A stretch of 64,000 nt of DNA from an uncultured Actinomycetota bacterium. Its GTDB lineage: Bacteria > Actinomycetota > Actinomycetes > Mycobacteriales > Pseudonocardiaceae. The notes under the pieces are model-generated. The model had not been told where the DNA came from. It saw only the letters and a program-made list of their open reading frames with translations, and ran no database searches. Of this stretch, positions 37,966 to 49,182 are shown in pieces; position 1 is the stretch's first letter; the number at the start of each line of letters is the position of its first letter. The stretch covers positions 1,789 through 65,788 of the forward strand of contig CAVZMB010000022.1 of NCBI GenBank assembly GCA_963776255.1, read 5' to 3'. The position numbers were made by a program, and so were the translations under genes.

Positions 37966-38345
37966 CCGTCGACACCGACCTCGTGATCGACTTCCTCCGG
38001 GGCCGTGGAGAAGGGGTTGGGCTGGTCCGGATGCTGCTGGTCGAGCGGCGTTTGCGACTGACCGCCGTCACGGGCTTCGAGCTTCGGGTGGGAACCGACT
38101 TCCTCGCCCGACGAGCTGACATCCTGCGCCTGCTCCGCTCGCGCACCGTTCCCCTCGACGGAGCCTCGGCGCTCCGTGGTGGAGAGGTGGCGGCCGAGCT
38201 TCGGGATCGCGGCGAGCCGATCGGTTTCGCCGATTGCCTGCAGGCCGGGATATGCCTGCGCAATCATCTGCCGCTGGCCACCAGGAACCGGCGACACTTC
38301 GAGCGGATCAGCCAGCTGCAGCTGGTGGACCTCCCGACGCAATAG
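37950..38345 (+). CDS. vapC: VapC PIN-domain toxin
   Basis: [37 protein letters not shown]. Confidence 0.9.
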   Translation: MAGLVAVDTDLVIDFLRGRGEGVGLVRMLLVERRLRLTAVTGFELRVGTDFLARRADILRLLRSRTVPLDGASALRGGEVAAELRDRGEPIGFADCLQAGICLRNHLPLATRNRRHFERISQLQLVDLPTQ

Positions 38346-38389
38346 CCGGTTGTGGGATCCGTACCGCGCGGCCCGGTACCGTCCGGCCA

Positions 38390-39490
38390 GTGGGCACATC
38401 ACTGATAGACCTGACCGGCGACCCGGTCGAGCTGACCGCCGCCCTGGTCGACGTGCCCAGCGTGTCCGGACAGGAGCGGGCGCTCGCCGACGTGATCGAG
38501 GGCGCGTTGCGCGAACAGGCGCCGCACCTGGAGGTGCTGCGCTCCGGCAACGCGGTGCTCGCCCGCACCCCTGCCAGATCCGCTGCCGGATCCGCTGCCG
38601 GATCCGACGCGGCTGGGCGGGTGCTGCTCGCCGGCCACATCGACACGGTCCCGGTCGCGGGCAACCTCCCGGCCCGCCGCGACAACGGCGTGATCCACGG
38701 CTGTGGCACCTCGGACATGAAGTCCGGGGTCGCGGTGATCGCCCACCTGGCCGCGACGATCACCAGCCCGCGGCATCCGCTCACCGTCGTGTTCTACGAC
38801 TGCGAGGAGGTGGAGGCCAACCGCAACGGGCTTGGCCGGATCGAGCGCGAGCAGCCGGAGTGGCTGGCCGCCGACCTCGCCGTGCTCGGCGAGCCGACCG
38901 ACGGGGTGGTGGAGGCGGGCTGCCAGGGCACCATGCGTGCCGAGGTCACCACCAGCGGGCATCGGGCGCATTCGGCCCGTGCCTGGCTCGGCCGCAATGC
39001 GATCCACGCCGCCGCCGAGGTGCTGCAGCGGCTGCGCGAGTACCGGCCGCGCACCGTGGAGATCGACGGCTGCACCTACCGCGAAGGCCTGCAGGCGGTC
39101 GGGATCGACGGCGGCGTGGCCGGGAACGTGGTGCCCGACGAGTGCCGCACCACCGTCAATCTCCGGTTCGCCCCGGACCGTGACCCCGCCGCCGCCGAGG
39201 ACCACCTGCGCGAGGTCTTCGACGGCTTCGAGGTGAAGATCGTCGATGCCGCCGCGGGAGCGCTGCCCGGGCTGGCCGCCCCGCGCGCCGCGGAGTTCCT
39301 CGCGCTGACCGGCGCGATGCCGACCGCGAAGTACGGCTGGACCGACGTCGCCCGGTTCGCGGCCCGGGGCGTCCCGGCGCTGAACTTCGGCCCCGGCGAC
39401 CCGAACTTGGCGCACACCAGGGAGGAACACGTCCGGGTGGACAAGATCACCGAGGTGGCCGCGACGCTGCGGCGCTTCCTCGATCGGTAG
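38390..39490 (+). CDS. dapE: Succinyl-diaminopimelate desuccinylase
   Basis: [39 protein letters not shown]. Confidence 0.95.
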   Translation: MGTSLIDLTGDPVELTAALVDVPSVSGQERALADVIEGALREQAPHLEVLRSGNAVLARTPARSAAGSAAGSDAAGRVLLAGHIDTVPVAGNLPARRDNGVIHGCGTSDMKSGVAVIAHLAATITSPRHPLTVVFYDCEEVEANRNGLGRIEREQPEWLAADLAVLGEPTDGVVEAGCQGTMRAEVTTSGHRAHSARAWLGRNAIHAAAEVLQRLREYRPRTVEIDGCTYREGLQAVGIDGGVAGNVVPDECRTTVNLRFAPDRDPAAAEDHLREVFDGFEVKIVDAAAGALPGLAAPRAAEFLALTGAMPTAKYGWTDVARFAARGVPALNFGPGDPNLAHTREEHVRVDKITEVAATLRRFLDR

Positions 39491-39500
39491 GCTCGACGCG

Positions 39501-40285
39501 GTGGAGGGCTCCGGGACCGACGGCACGGACGGAACTCCCGAGGAGACCTTCCGCGGACCCATGGTGTTCCGCCGGCAACGGAAGGTGCCGCTGAGCACGT
39601 CCACCACCGACCAGCGGCTGCTCGACTCCCGCGGCCCGACCGACTGGGTACACACCGACCCGTGGCGGGTGCAGCGGATCCAGGCCGAGTTCGTCGAGGG
39701 GTTCGGCGCGCTGGCCGAGCTGCCCCGTGCGGTCACGGTGTTCGGCTCGGCCCGGACCCGCCCGGACGACCCCGAGTACGCGATCGGCATGCAGCTCGGC
39801 ACGGCGCTGGCGCACGCCGGCTTCGCGGTGATCACGGGCGGCGGGCCGGGCGCGATGGAGGCGGTGAACCGAGGCTGCTCGGAGGCCGGCGGGCTGTCGG
39901 TCGGGCTGGGCATCGAGGTGCCACTTCGAGCAGGGCATGAACCACTGGGTCGATCTCGGGATCAACTTCCGGTACTTCTTCGTGCGCAAGACGATGTTCG
40001 TCAAGTACGCGCAGGCGTTCGTCTGCCTGCCCGGTGGCTTCGGCACCCTGGACGAGCTGTTCGAGGCGCTCACCCTGGTCCAGACCAAGAAGGTCACCAA
40101 GTTCCCGGTCGTGCTGCTCGGCCGGGACTACTGGGCCGGCCTGCTCGAATGGCTGTCCAGCACGGTCCGCGGCGGCGGCAAGCTGAGGGACGAAGGAACT
40201 GCGCCTGCTGCACGTGACCGACGACATCGACGACGCGGTCAAGGTCGTCAACGAGGCCTACCGGGCGTGGGAGCTCACGCATTGA
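39501..40285 (+). CDS. LOG family (TIGR00730) protein, indels near 39922 and 40190
   Basis: VTVFGSAR, ITGGGPGAMEA, FRYFFVRKTMF and PGGFGTLDE, spread over several frames. Confidence 0.88.
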
Positions 40286-40962
40286 GCGGGCACGCGGTCT
40301 GCGTCTACTGCGCGTCGTCCAGCACGATCCCGGACCACTACCTGAAGCTCGCCGCCGCGGTCGGCTCGGCGATCGCCGCCCGCGGCTGGACGCTGGTCTC
40401 CGGCGGCGGCCGGGTGTCGATGATGGGCGAGCTGGCCCGGGCGGCAAGGGCCCGCGGCGGGCGCACGGTAGGGGTGATCCCGCGCGCGCTGATCACCGAG
40501 GAGCTGGCCGACGCCGACGCCGACGAGCTGCTGATCACCGAGACCATGCGGGAGCGCAAGGCGCTGATGGACGCGCACGCGGACGCCTTCCTCGCCCTGC
40601 CGGGCGGCATCGGCACGCTCGAGGAACTGTTCGAGGCGTGGACCTCACGCAGCCTCGGCATGCACGGCAAGCCGGTGGTCCTGCTCGACCCGGATGGCCA
40701 CTACGACGGCCTGCTCGGCTGGTTGGAGTCACTGGCCCGGCGCGGGTTCTTCCGGGTCGACGTGTTCGACAAGCTCACCGTCACCACCGACCTGATCTCG
40801 GCCCTGGACGCCTGCGCACCGCGCGCCGTCCAGCCGGTGCCCGGCCGTTCTCCTGACCACCGCGCGCAGCCCGCAATGAGCCCGCTCATTGCGCTGAGAC
40901 GGTGCCCAACCCGCAATGAGCGGGCTCATTCGGGGTTGGGGGGCGGGTGCAACCCGGAATAA
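40282..40962 (+). CDS. LOG family (TIGR00730) protein; 3' end uncertain because it reads into a repeat cluster
   Basis: VCVYCASS, TMRERK, PGGIGTLEE; TTGA overlap. Confidence 0.85.
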   Translation: MSGHAVCVYCASSSTIPDHYLKLAAAVGSAIAARGWTLVSGGGRVSMMGELARAARARGGRTVGVIPRALITEELADADADELLITETMRERKALMDAHADAFLALPGGIGTLEELFEAWTSRSLGMHGKPVVLLDPDGHYDGLLGWLESLARRGFFRVDVFDKLTVTTDLISALDACAPRAVQPVPGRSPDHRAQPAMSPLIALRRCPTRNERAHSGLGGGCNPE

Positions 40963-40974
40963 GCCCGCTCATTC
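40872..40974. repeat. Cluster of three REP-like palindromes
   Basis: CGCAATGAGCCCGCTCATTGCG (40872), CGCAATGAGCGGGCTCATTCGG (40912), GAATAAGCCCGCTCATTC (40957), in alternating orientation. Confidence 0.8.
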
Positions 40975-41018
40975 GGCTGTGGCGGCGGCGGCGGGCGGCC
41001 CGTGACACGATCGCGGGT

Positions 41019-41885
41019 GTGGAGTTGCGCCTCGGTCCGCGGACCTGCCGTCGGATCGGGCGCTGGTGATGGCGATCGTCAACCGCACCCCGGACTCCTT
41101 CTACGACCGCGGCGCCACCTTCGCCGACGGCGCGCGCGATGGACGCCGTCGACGCCGCGGTCGCCGACGGCGCGGACATCGTGGACATCGGCGGGGTGAA
41201 GGCCGGGCCGGGGCCCGCGGTCGACGCCGCCGCGGAGATCGGCCGCGTAGTGCCGTTCATCGCCGCCGTCCGGGACCGGCACCCCGACGCTGGTGATCAG
41301 CGTGGACACCTGGCGTGCGGAGGTCGCCCGACTGGCGTGCGAGGCCGGCGCGGACCTGGTCAACGACAGCTGGGGCGGCTACGACCCGACGCTCGGCGAG
41401 GTCGCCGCCGAGTTCGGTGTCGGGATCGTCTGCTCGCACACCGGCGGCGCCACTGCCGCGGACCCGTCCGCACCGGGTGCGCTACCCAGACCTGGTCGCC
41501 GACGTGATCGCCGAGCTGACCGCGCAGGCGGACCGGATGGTGACGCTGGGCGTGCCGAAGGAGGGCATCCTGATCGACCCGACGCACGACTTCGGCAAGA
41601 ACACCTGGCACGGGCTGGAGCTGCTGCGCCGAGTGGACGAGCTGGTGGCGACCGGGTGGCCGGTGCTGATGGCCCTGTCCAACAAGGACTTCATCGGCGA
41701 GACCCTCGGCGTCGGGCTGGACGAGCGGGTCGAGGGCACGCTGGCCGCCACCGCGCTCGCCGCGGCCGCCGGGGTGCGGGTGTTCCGGGCGCACGAGGTG
41801 GCGGCCACCCGCCGCACGGTGGACATGGTCGCCAGCATCCTCGGCACCCGCCCGCCGGCCCGATGCCGTCCGCGCGCTGGCCTGA
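41019..41885 (+). CDS. folP: Dihydropteroate synthase (FolP2-like), several indels
   Basis: MAIVNRTPDSFYD, DIGGVKAG, ISVDTWR, IDPTHDFGKN, LSNKDFIGE and FRAH across frames. Confidence 0.88.
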
Positions 41886-41887
41886 CC

Positions 41888-42809
41888 GTGCAAGCCGACG
41901 TGCAGCGATGGTTCACCGAGCGGACCTGGCAGCAGCCCACGGTGGACCGCAGAGCAGCTGGTGGAAGCCAAGCGCGGCCGACGGGTGTCGGTGGTGCTGC
42001 CCGCGCTGAACGAGCAGGAGACCGTCGGCGACATCGTGGCGGCGGTCGTCCCGCTGACCCGCGGCGGGCTGGTCGACGAGCTGGTCGTGATCGACTCGGA
42101 CTCCGCCGACCGGACGGTGGAGGTCGCTGCCGCCGCCGGGGCCCGGGTGGTGCGGCGCGGCGAGGTGCTGCCCTGGCTGCCGCCGGCGCCCGGGAAGGGC
42201 GAGGCGCTGTGGCGCTCGCTGGCCGCCACCACCGGCGACGTGGTGGTGTTCCTGGACTCGGACCTCGTCGAGTTCGATCCCGGCTTCGTGCCCGCGCTGC
42301 TCGGGCCGCTGCTCACCGAGCGGGGCGTGGCGCTGGTCAAGGGCTTCTATCGGCGCCCGCTGCGGCTGGAGACCGTCGAGCTGGACACCGGCGGCGGGCG
42401 GGTCACCGAGCTGCTGGCCCGTCCGCTGCTCGCCGGGCTCCGTCCCCGGCTCGCCGGCATCGTGCAGCCGCTCGGCGGGGAGTACGCCGCCACCCGCGAG
42501 TTCCTCGAGTCGGTGCCGTTCGCGGCCGGCTACGGGGTGGAGATCGGGCTGCTGCTGGACGCCGAGCAGCGGCTAGGGCTGGACGCGTTGGCCCAGGTCA
42601 ACCTCGGGGTGCGCAAGCACCGGCACCGGTCGCTGCTGCAGCTCGGGGTGACGGCCCGCCAGGTGCTCGCCGCGGTGGCCGACCGCTGCGGCGTGTCGGA
42701 CTCGCACGCCGCGCTCACCCAGTTCCACCAGGTCGGTGGTGAGTGGCTGGCGACGACGTCCGACGTGCCGCTGGTCGGGCGACCCCCGATGCGGCAGACC
42801 TTGGTGTAG
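41888..42809 (+). CDS. gpgS: Glucosyl-3-phosphoglycerate synthase (indel near 41940)
   Basis: VVLPALNEQETV, GKGEALWRS, FLDSD, GGRVTEL, QPLGGEYA, YGVEIG. Confidence 0.92.
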
Positions 42810-42873
42810 CGCCCTGGTGTGGCGACGGCCAAAAGCGCTGCGCCGGTCGTACCCGCGTGCCACGATCGAAGGC

Positions 42874-43371
42874 GTGGGCACGGCGCTGGTCTACCTACTC
42901 GTGATGATCGCGGTGGCCGCCGTGGTCTTCGTCTGCGCCGCGCTGATCTTCGGTCGGGGCGAGGAGCTGGCGCCGCTGCCACCCGGGCACACCCCGACCC
43001 GGCTGCCGCGCGAGCGACATCGCCGGCGACGACGTGCGGGCGGTGCAGTTCCAGCAGGCGCTGCGCGGGTACCGGATGTCCGAGGTGGACTGGATCTGGA
43101 CCGGCTGGCCACCGAGCTGGACCGGACCGAGGACGAGCGCGCCGCGCTGCGCAGCCGGATTGACGAGCTGGAGCGGCCCCGGGTCGACGAGCTGACGCCG
43201 CCGGTGGCGCCGGAGAACGGGGTGCAGCCGCCCTCGCCCACGCCCATCGCCCACGCCGTCGCCCAAGCCGTCGCCAAGCCGGTCGCCGCAAGCCGTCGAC
43301 GGACGGCTCGGAGCAAGCGACCGCCCAGGGAGCTGCTCGCCCGGGAGACCGAGGATGCCGGTGAGCGCTGA
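42874..43371 (+). CDS. TM plus DivIVA-domain protein (Rv1209-like), compensating indels
   Basis: TM, FGRGEELAPLP; DVRAVQFQQALRGYRMSEVDW in an adjacent frame. Confidence 0.8.
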   Translation: MGTALVYLLVMIAVAAVVFVCAALIFGRGEELAPLPPGHTPTRLPRERHRRRRRAGGAVPAGAARVPDVRGGLDLDRLATELDRTEDERAALRSRIDELERPRVDELTPPVAPENGVQPPSPTPIAHAVAQAVAKPVAASRRRTARSKRPPRELLARETEDAGER

Positions 43372-43815
43372 GGTCGCGGCCGCGGTCGACGTCCCCGAAC
43401 CGCCGGAGCGGGTCTGGCGGGCCGCGATGGACTGGGACCGGCAGGGCGAGTGGATGCTCGCGACCCGGGTCGAGCTGACCGGCGGCGACGGCCGCTCGGT
43501 CGGATCGACGGCGCGCGCGGTCACCGGGCTGTCCGGCTACGGCATCGCCGACACCTTCGAGGTCGTGGAGTGGGCCGAGAACGGCGACCGCCGTTGCGTG
43601 GTGCGGCACACCGGCGGCGTGGTCCGCGGGCTCGGGATCTTCGAGGTGGTGCCGCGCACCGGCGGGTCGCGGTTCAGCTGGTCGGAGCGGCTGCGAGCTG
43701 CCGTTCGGGGCGCCGGGCACGGCTGGGCTGGCCGGTGGTCCGGCCGGCGGTCGCGGGCCGGGCTGCAGCTCGTCGCTGCGCCGGTTCGCCCGGTTCTGCG
43801 CCAGGGTACCGGTGA
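43355..43815 (+). CDS. SRPBCC family protein (indels)
   Basis: PERVWRAAMDWDRQGEWMLAT, CVVRHTGGVVRG. Confidence 0.8.
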
Positions 43816-44408
43816 CCGGGCCGACTCCGCCGACGTCCGACGAGGTGGCTGGTCGGGCCGGACGGGCTGGCCCGCTGCCCGTGGGCCGGTTCGGCGCCGG
43901 AGTACCTGGCCTACCACGACAACGAGTGGGGCGTACCGCTGCACGGGGTGGCGCCGATGTTCGAGCGGCTGAGCCTGGAGGGGTTCCAGTCCGGGCTGTC
44001 CTGGCTGGTGATCCTGCGCAAGCGGGAGGCGTTCCGGGCGGCGTTCGCGGGCTTCGACCCGCAGCGGGTGGCCGCGTTCGACGACGCCACCGTGCACCGG
44101 ACTGCTCGACCGACGCCGGCATCGTCCGGAACCGGGCGAAGATCGAGGCGACCGTGCACAACGCGCGCGCGGTGCTGGAGCTGGACCGCCCGCTCGACGA
44201 GCTGCTGTGGTCCTTCGCGCCGGACCGGGCCGGGCGCACCCGGCCGCGCCGCCTGGCCGAGGTGCCGAGCACCACCCCCGAGTCGACGGCGATGGCGAAG
44301 GCGCTGAAGCGCCACGGGCTGCGCTTCGTCGGACCGACCACGTGCTATGCCCTCATGCAGGCCGCCGGGCTGGTCGACGATCACCTGGCGGGATGTCACG
44401 TTCGGTGA
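43812..44408 (+). CDS. tag: DNA-3-methyladenine glycosylase I (indels)
   Basis: RCPW, YHDNEWG, LEGFQSGLSW, GIVRNRAKI, FVGPTTCYALMQAAG...DH. Confidence 0.9.
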   Translation: MTGPTPPTSDEVAGRAGRAGPLPVGRFGAGVPGLPRQRVGRTAARGGADVRAAEPGGVPVRAVLAGDPAQAGGVPGGVRGLRPAAGGRVRRRHRAPDCSTDAGIVRNRAKIEATVHNARAVLELDRPLDELLWSFAPDRAGRTRPRRLAEVPSTTPESTAMAKALKRHGLRFVGPTTCYALMQAAGLVDDHLAGCHVR

Positions 44409-44535
44409 ACGGCAGCGGGTCGGCTTAACCGATGCGCAACCGGCTAAGGGACAATATCCACTAGCCGAACTTGTCGGAGGCCTACGCTCCTCCCCGCGCG
44501 TACGGCCACTCCGAAGCTGATGGAGGGAGCACACG

Positions 44536-44703
44536 ATGGCGGCCATGAAGCCCCGGACCGGTGACGGTCCCCTCGAAGTGACCAAAGAGGGTCGGGGCAT
44601 CGTGATGCGCGTACCGCTCGAGGGCGGTGGCCGGCTCGTCGTCGAGATGTCGGCTGAGGAGGCGGGTGAGCTCGGCGACGCCTTGAAGGCGGCCGCGAGC
44701 TGA
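44536..44703 (+). CDS. DUF3117 protein (55 aa, below the ORF-track cutoff)
   Basis: MAAMKPRTGDGPLEVTKEGRGIVMRVPLEGGGRLVVEM; GGAGG RBS. Confidence 0.93.
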   Translation: MAAMKPRTGDGPLEVTKEGRGIVMRVPLEGGGRLVVEMSAEEAGELGDALKAAAS

Positions 44704-44711
44704 GCCGCCGC

Positions 44712-46226
44712 GTGGCAGCCCCGGTCGGCCCGGTTCCAGCGGTGCCGACTGAGCTACCGACCGTGCGGTTGGCAGGTGAGCCGGGCGGCGGCTGGCCGGT
44801 GATCACCGTCGACGCGGCACGGCCGGGTCGGCACCGGCGCGGCGGCGGCCGGCGTCGACGCCGAGTTGGCCCGCGCTGATCGGCAACGACGGGACGGCCG
44901 GCGAGGTGCACCGGGTGGCGCTGGCGTCGCACGGAGGTGGCTGGCTCGTCGGGATCGGGGAGGGGGAGCCCCGGGACTGGCGGAGCGCGGCGGCGGCGCT
45001 GACCCGGTCGGTGGTGCACGGCGACCAGCGGGACGACGCACCGGCGGCCCTCAGCTGGCGGCTACCCGAAGAGGCCGAACCGGACTCGGCGGCGGAGAGC
45101 TCCCGGCTGGCCGCGATCGTGCAGGGCCTGCGGCTCGGGGGGCACCGGTTCCGGGTGAGCGCAGAGCAGCCCGCCCCGCCACCGTCGATCACGCTGGTCA
45201 CGTCCGCTGCCGAGCGGTTGCGGCCGGTCGCGGAGCTGGCCGCCGAGCTCGCCGCGGCCACCGCGCTGGCTCGGGATCTCGCCGACACACCGTCGGATGT
45301 GAAGAGCCCGGCGTGGCTGGCCGAGCTGGCGGTGCGCCTCGCCGATGCCGAGCCGGGGCTGACCAGTCGGGTGTGGACCGAGTCAGAGCTCGCCGCCGAG
45401 GGGTTCGGCGGAATCCTCGCGGTCGGGTCGGGCTCGGCACGACCGCCTCGGCTGCTCCGGCTGGACTGGTACGCCGCACCGGACGCTGCGCATCTGGTGC
45501 TGGTCGGCAAGGGCGTGACATTCGACACCGGCGGCATCTCGATCAAGCCCGCGGACGGAATGCACTGGATGCGCACCGACATGTCGGGCGGAGCCGCGGT
45601 GATCGCGGCGATGCTGGCGATCGCCAGGCTGGGCGTGCCGACCCGGGTCACCGCGCTGGTGCCGATGGCGGAGAACACCCTGTCCGGCTCGGCCTACCGG
45701 CCGGGTGACGTGGTGCGGCACTACGACGGGCGCACCAGCGAGGTGACCAACACCGACGCCGAGGGCCGGATGCTGCTGGCCGACGCGCTGGGCTACGCGG
45801 TCCGCGAGCTGGAACCCGACGCGATGGTCGACGTCGCGACGCTCACCGGGGCGATGAAGGTCTCGCTCGGGCTGCGCACCGGCGGGCTGTTCGCCACCGA
45901 CGACGCGCTCGCCGCAGCGCTGATCGCCGCCGGCGAACGGGCCGGCGAGCGATGGTGGCGGATGCCGCTGCTCGACCACGTCGCCGAGGAGGTGGAGTCC
46001 GAGCTGGCCGACGTTCGGCAGATTCCGCCCGGCCCCGGCAGCGTCGGCAGCGGCGCTGTTCCTGCGGGAGTTCACCGGCGGGCTGCCCTGGGCACATCTG
46101 GACATCGCCGGGCCGGCGCGGTCCGAGAAGGCCTACGCCGACGTCGGGGAGGGCGCCACCGGGTTCGCGGCGCGCACGCTGATCGAGCTGGTCAGGTCGT
46201 ACTCCGGGGCCCGGGCCCGCGGGTAG
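44712..46226 (+). CDS. Leucyl aminopeptidase (M17), indels
   Basis: VGKGVTFDTGG, MRTDMSG, NTDAEGR, ATLTGA; WAHLDIAG in an adjacent frame. Confidence 0.9.
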
Positions 46227-46238
46227 CCGGCGGCGCCG

Positions 46239-47408
46239 TCAGGTGCTGCTCACGAGGTCCCGGTACACGGCCAGCGTGCGGCGGGCCGCCAGCTCCCAGG
46301 AGAACTCCCGCTCCGCGCCGGCCCGCCCGGCCGCCCCCATCGCCGCCGCGCGCGCCGGGTCGGCCAGCAGCTCGTTCACCCGCTGCGCGAGCTCGGCGCG
46401 GAACGTGTCGACGTCGTGCTCGTCGAAGTGCACCAGCAGCCCCGTCACGCCGTGCCGCACCACCTCCGGGATGCCGCCGACGTCGGAGGCCACCACCGCG
46501 GTGCCGCAGGCCATCGCCTCCAGGTTGACGATGCCCAGCGGCTCGTAGACCGATGGGCAGACGAACACCGTCGCCGCGGTCAGCACCGCATTGACCTCCG
46601 GCTGCCCCAGCATCTGGCGCACCCAGACCACTCCGGGCCGCGACGCCGCGAGCTCGGCGACCGCGAGCCGCGTCTCCTCGGCGATCTCCACGGTGTCCGG
46701 CGCTCCCGCGCAGAGCACGAGCTGGGCACCGTGGTCGATGTGGTGCGCCGCGGCGAGCAGGTGTCCGATCCCCTTCTGCCGGGTGATCCGGCCGACGAAC
46801 GCGACGATCGGACGCTCCGGGTCGATCCCGAGCTCGCGCAGCACCGCGACGTCGGCCACCGGGCGGTACAGGTCGGTGTCGATGCCGTTGTGCACCACGT
46901 GCACCCGGGCCGGGTCCAGCGTCGGGTAGCAGTCGAGCACGTCCGCGCGCATCCCTTCGGATACCGCGATGACCGCGTCGGCGTGCTCGTACGCCGTGCG
47001 CTCCACCCACGACGACAGCCGGTACCCGCCGCCGAGCTGCTCGGCCTTCCACGGGCGGCGTGGCTCCAGCGAGTGCGCGGTCACCACGTGCGGGACGTCG
47101 TGCAACTCCTTGGCCAGGTGCCCGGCCATGTTCGCGTACCAGGTGTGCGAGTGCACCAGGTCCACCCCGCCCACCGCGTGCACCATCTCCAGGTTCACGC
47201 CGAGGGTCTGCAGCGCGGGGTTCGCGTCGGCCAGCCCGGGCGGCGTCGGGTGCGCGGTCACCGACGGATCGACGCGCGGCGTCTCCCCGAAGCAGTGCAC
47301 GTCGACGTCGACCAGCTTGCGCAGCGCGGGCACCAGGTACTCGACGTGCACGCCGGCGCCGCCGTAGACATCGGGCGGGTACTCGCGGGTGAGCAAGCCG
47401 ATCCGCAC
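46239..47408 (-). CDS. glgA: GlgA/GlgM GT4 glucosyltransferase (maltose-1-phosphate synthase type)
   Basis: TREYPPDVYGGAGVHV, HSHTWYAN, GRITRQKG, EPLGIVNLEAM. Confidence 0.95.
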   Translation of the reverse strand: MRIGLLTREYPPDVYGGAGVHVEYLVPALRKLVDVDVHCFGETPRVDPSVTAHPTPPGLADANPALQTLGVNLEMVHAVGGVDLVHSHTWYANMAGHLAKELHDVPHVVTAHSLEPRRPWKAEQLGGGYRLSSWVERTAYEHADAVIAVSEGMRADVLDCYPTLDPARVHVVHNGIDTDLYRPVADVAVLRELGIDPERPIVAFVGRITRQKGIGHLLAAAHHIDHGAQLVLCAGAPDTVEIAEETRLAVAELAASRPGVVWVRQMLGQPEVNAVLTAATVFVCPSVYEPLGIVNLEAMACGTAVVASDVGGIPEVVRHGVTGLLVHFDEHDVDTFRAELAQRVNELLADPARAAAMGAAGRAGAEREFSWELAARRTLAVYRDLVSST

Positions 47409-47558
47409 CTGGAGAACATAGGGGAACGAGCCGGGCGCATTCGCGTGCCCGGCCGGTGCTCCGCCAGGTGGCAGGCAGCCGGCAACCTGGCCCACCCATC
47501 GCACCCGCACTAGGGTCGGTCTCGTGAACGCGCCCGAACCGCCTGCCGGGCTCGTGCC

Positions 47559-48813
47559 GTGACCGGTCCGGCTCGCGTCCGGCCATCCGTTCAGGCCGGG
47601 CTGCCAGCCAGGGTGTTGGGGATCGTGCTCGCCGGCGGCGAGGGAAAGCGGCTTTGGCCGCTGACGACCGACCGAGCCAAACCCGGGGTGCCGTTCGGCG
47701 GCAACTACCGGTTGATCGACTTCGTGCTGTCCAACCTGGTCAACGCCGGGGTGCACCGAGATCTGCGTGCTCACCCAGTACAAGTCGCACTCGCTGGACC
47801 GGCACATCTCCACCACCTGGCGGCTGTCCAGCGTGCTCGGTCAATACATCACCACGGTGCCGGCCCAACAGCGGCTCGGGCGCCGCTGGTACACCGGCAG
47901 CGCGGACGCGATCTACCAGAGCCTGAACCTGGTCTACGACGAGCATCCGGACTACATAGCGGTGTTCGGCGCCGACCACGTCTATCGGATGGACCCCGGG
48001 CAGATGGTGGCCCAGCACATCGTCAAGGGCGCCGGGGTCACGGTGGCCGGGATCCGGGTGCCGCGGGCCGAGGCCAAGGGCTTCGGCGTGATCGACGCGG
48101 ACGCGGACGGGCAGATCACCGGGTTCCTGGAGAAGCCGTCCGAGCCGCCCGGCGTGCCCGACGACCCCGAGGTCACGTTCGCCTCGATGGGCAACTACCT
48201 GTTCACCACCGACGTGCTGCTGGACGCGCTGCGGGCCGATGCCGAGAACTCCGACTCGGACCACGACATGGGCGGGGACATCATCCCGTACCTGGTGTCC
48301 GAGGGGGACGCCAGCGTCTACGACTTCGCCGACAATGTGGTGCCGGGCGCCACCGACCGGGACGCCGGGTACTGGCGCGACGTCGGCACCCTGGACGCCT
48401 ACTACGAGGCGCACTCCGACCTGGTGTCCGTGCACCCGATCTTCAACCTGTACAACGACCGGTGGCCGATCCGGACCGCTACCGCGTCGCTGCCGCCGGC
48501 GAAGTTCGTCGAGCACGGCGCGGCGTTCGACTCCATCGTCGGGGCCGGCACGATCATCTCCAACGCCACCGTGCACCGATCGGTGATCAGTACCGCGGTG
48601 ATGGTGGAGTCCGGCGCCGAGGTGTCCGACTCGGTGATCATGCCGGGGGCCCGGGTCGGCCGGGGTGCGGTGGTGCGCCGGGCGATCCTGGACAAGAACG
48701 TGGTCGTGCCGGACGGCGCGATGGTCGGCGTCGACCGCAGCCTGGACCGCACCCGCTACACGGTGAGCGCGGGCGGCGTGGTCGTGCTCGGCAAGGGCGC
48801 CGTCGCGCTCTAG
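47559..48813 (+). CDS. glgC: Glucose-1-phosphate adenylyltransferase (indel near 47757)
   Basis: [44 protein letters not shown]. Confidence 0.95.
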
Positions 48814-48821
48814 ACTTCAGA

Positions 48822-49095
48822 TCACTTCCTGCGAGGCTGGCTGAACCGCAGCATGTCGCCGCCGGGATCGCGGAAGGCGCAGTTCGCGGACGCCGTACGG
48901 CTGGTCGGTCGGCTCCCGCAGCGCCTCGCCGCCCGCGGCGCGCGGCGCTCCCCGAAGGCATTGCGGAAGCTGCGCGAGAAATGACCCGCCGACATGCGGG
49001 CGTCGCGCGCCAGTGCAGACGTCGAGCGGCTTCGCGATCTCGGGTGCATCGGATCACGGGCCCGGCGCAGCCTGACGAGGTCCTCCAACGTCAGT
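48822..49095 (-). pseudogene. Fused relic: AraC HTH N-part joined to a VOC C-part
   Basis: LVRLRRARD...[22 protein letters not shown] directly followed by [10 protein letters not shown]...[15 protein letters not shown]. Confidence 0.7.
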
Positions 49096-49182
49096 CGATC
49101 ACATCCCACAACGCCGGGCTCGCCTGCGCCATGATCAGCTACCGCAAACTCACCAAACGAGACACGCTCTAGCCGGCATGCT

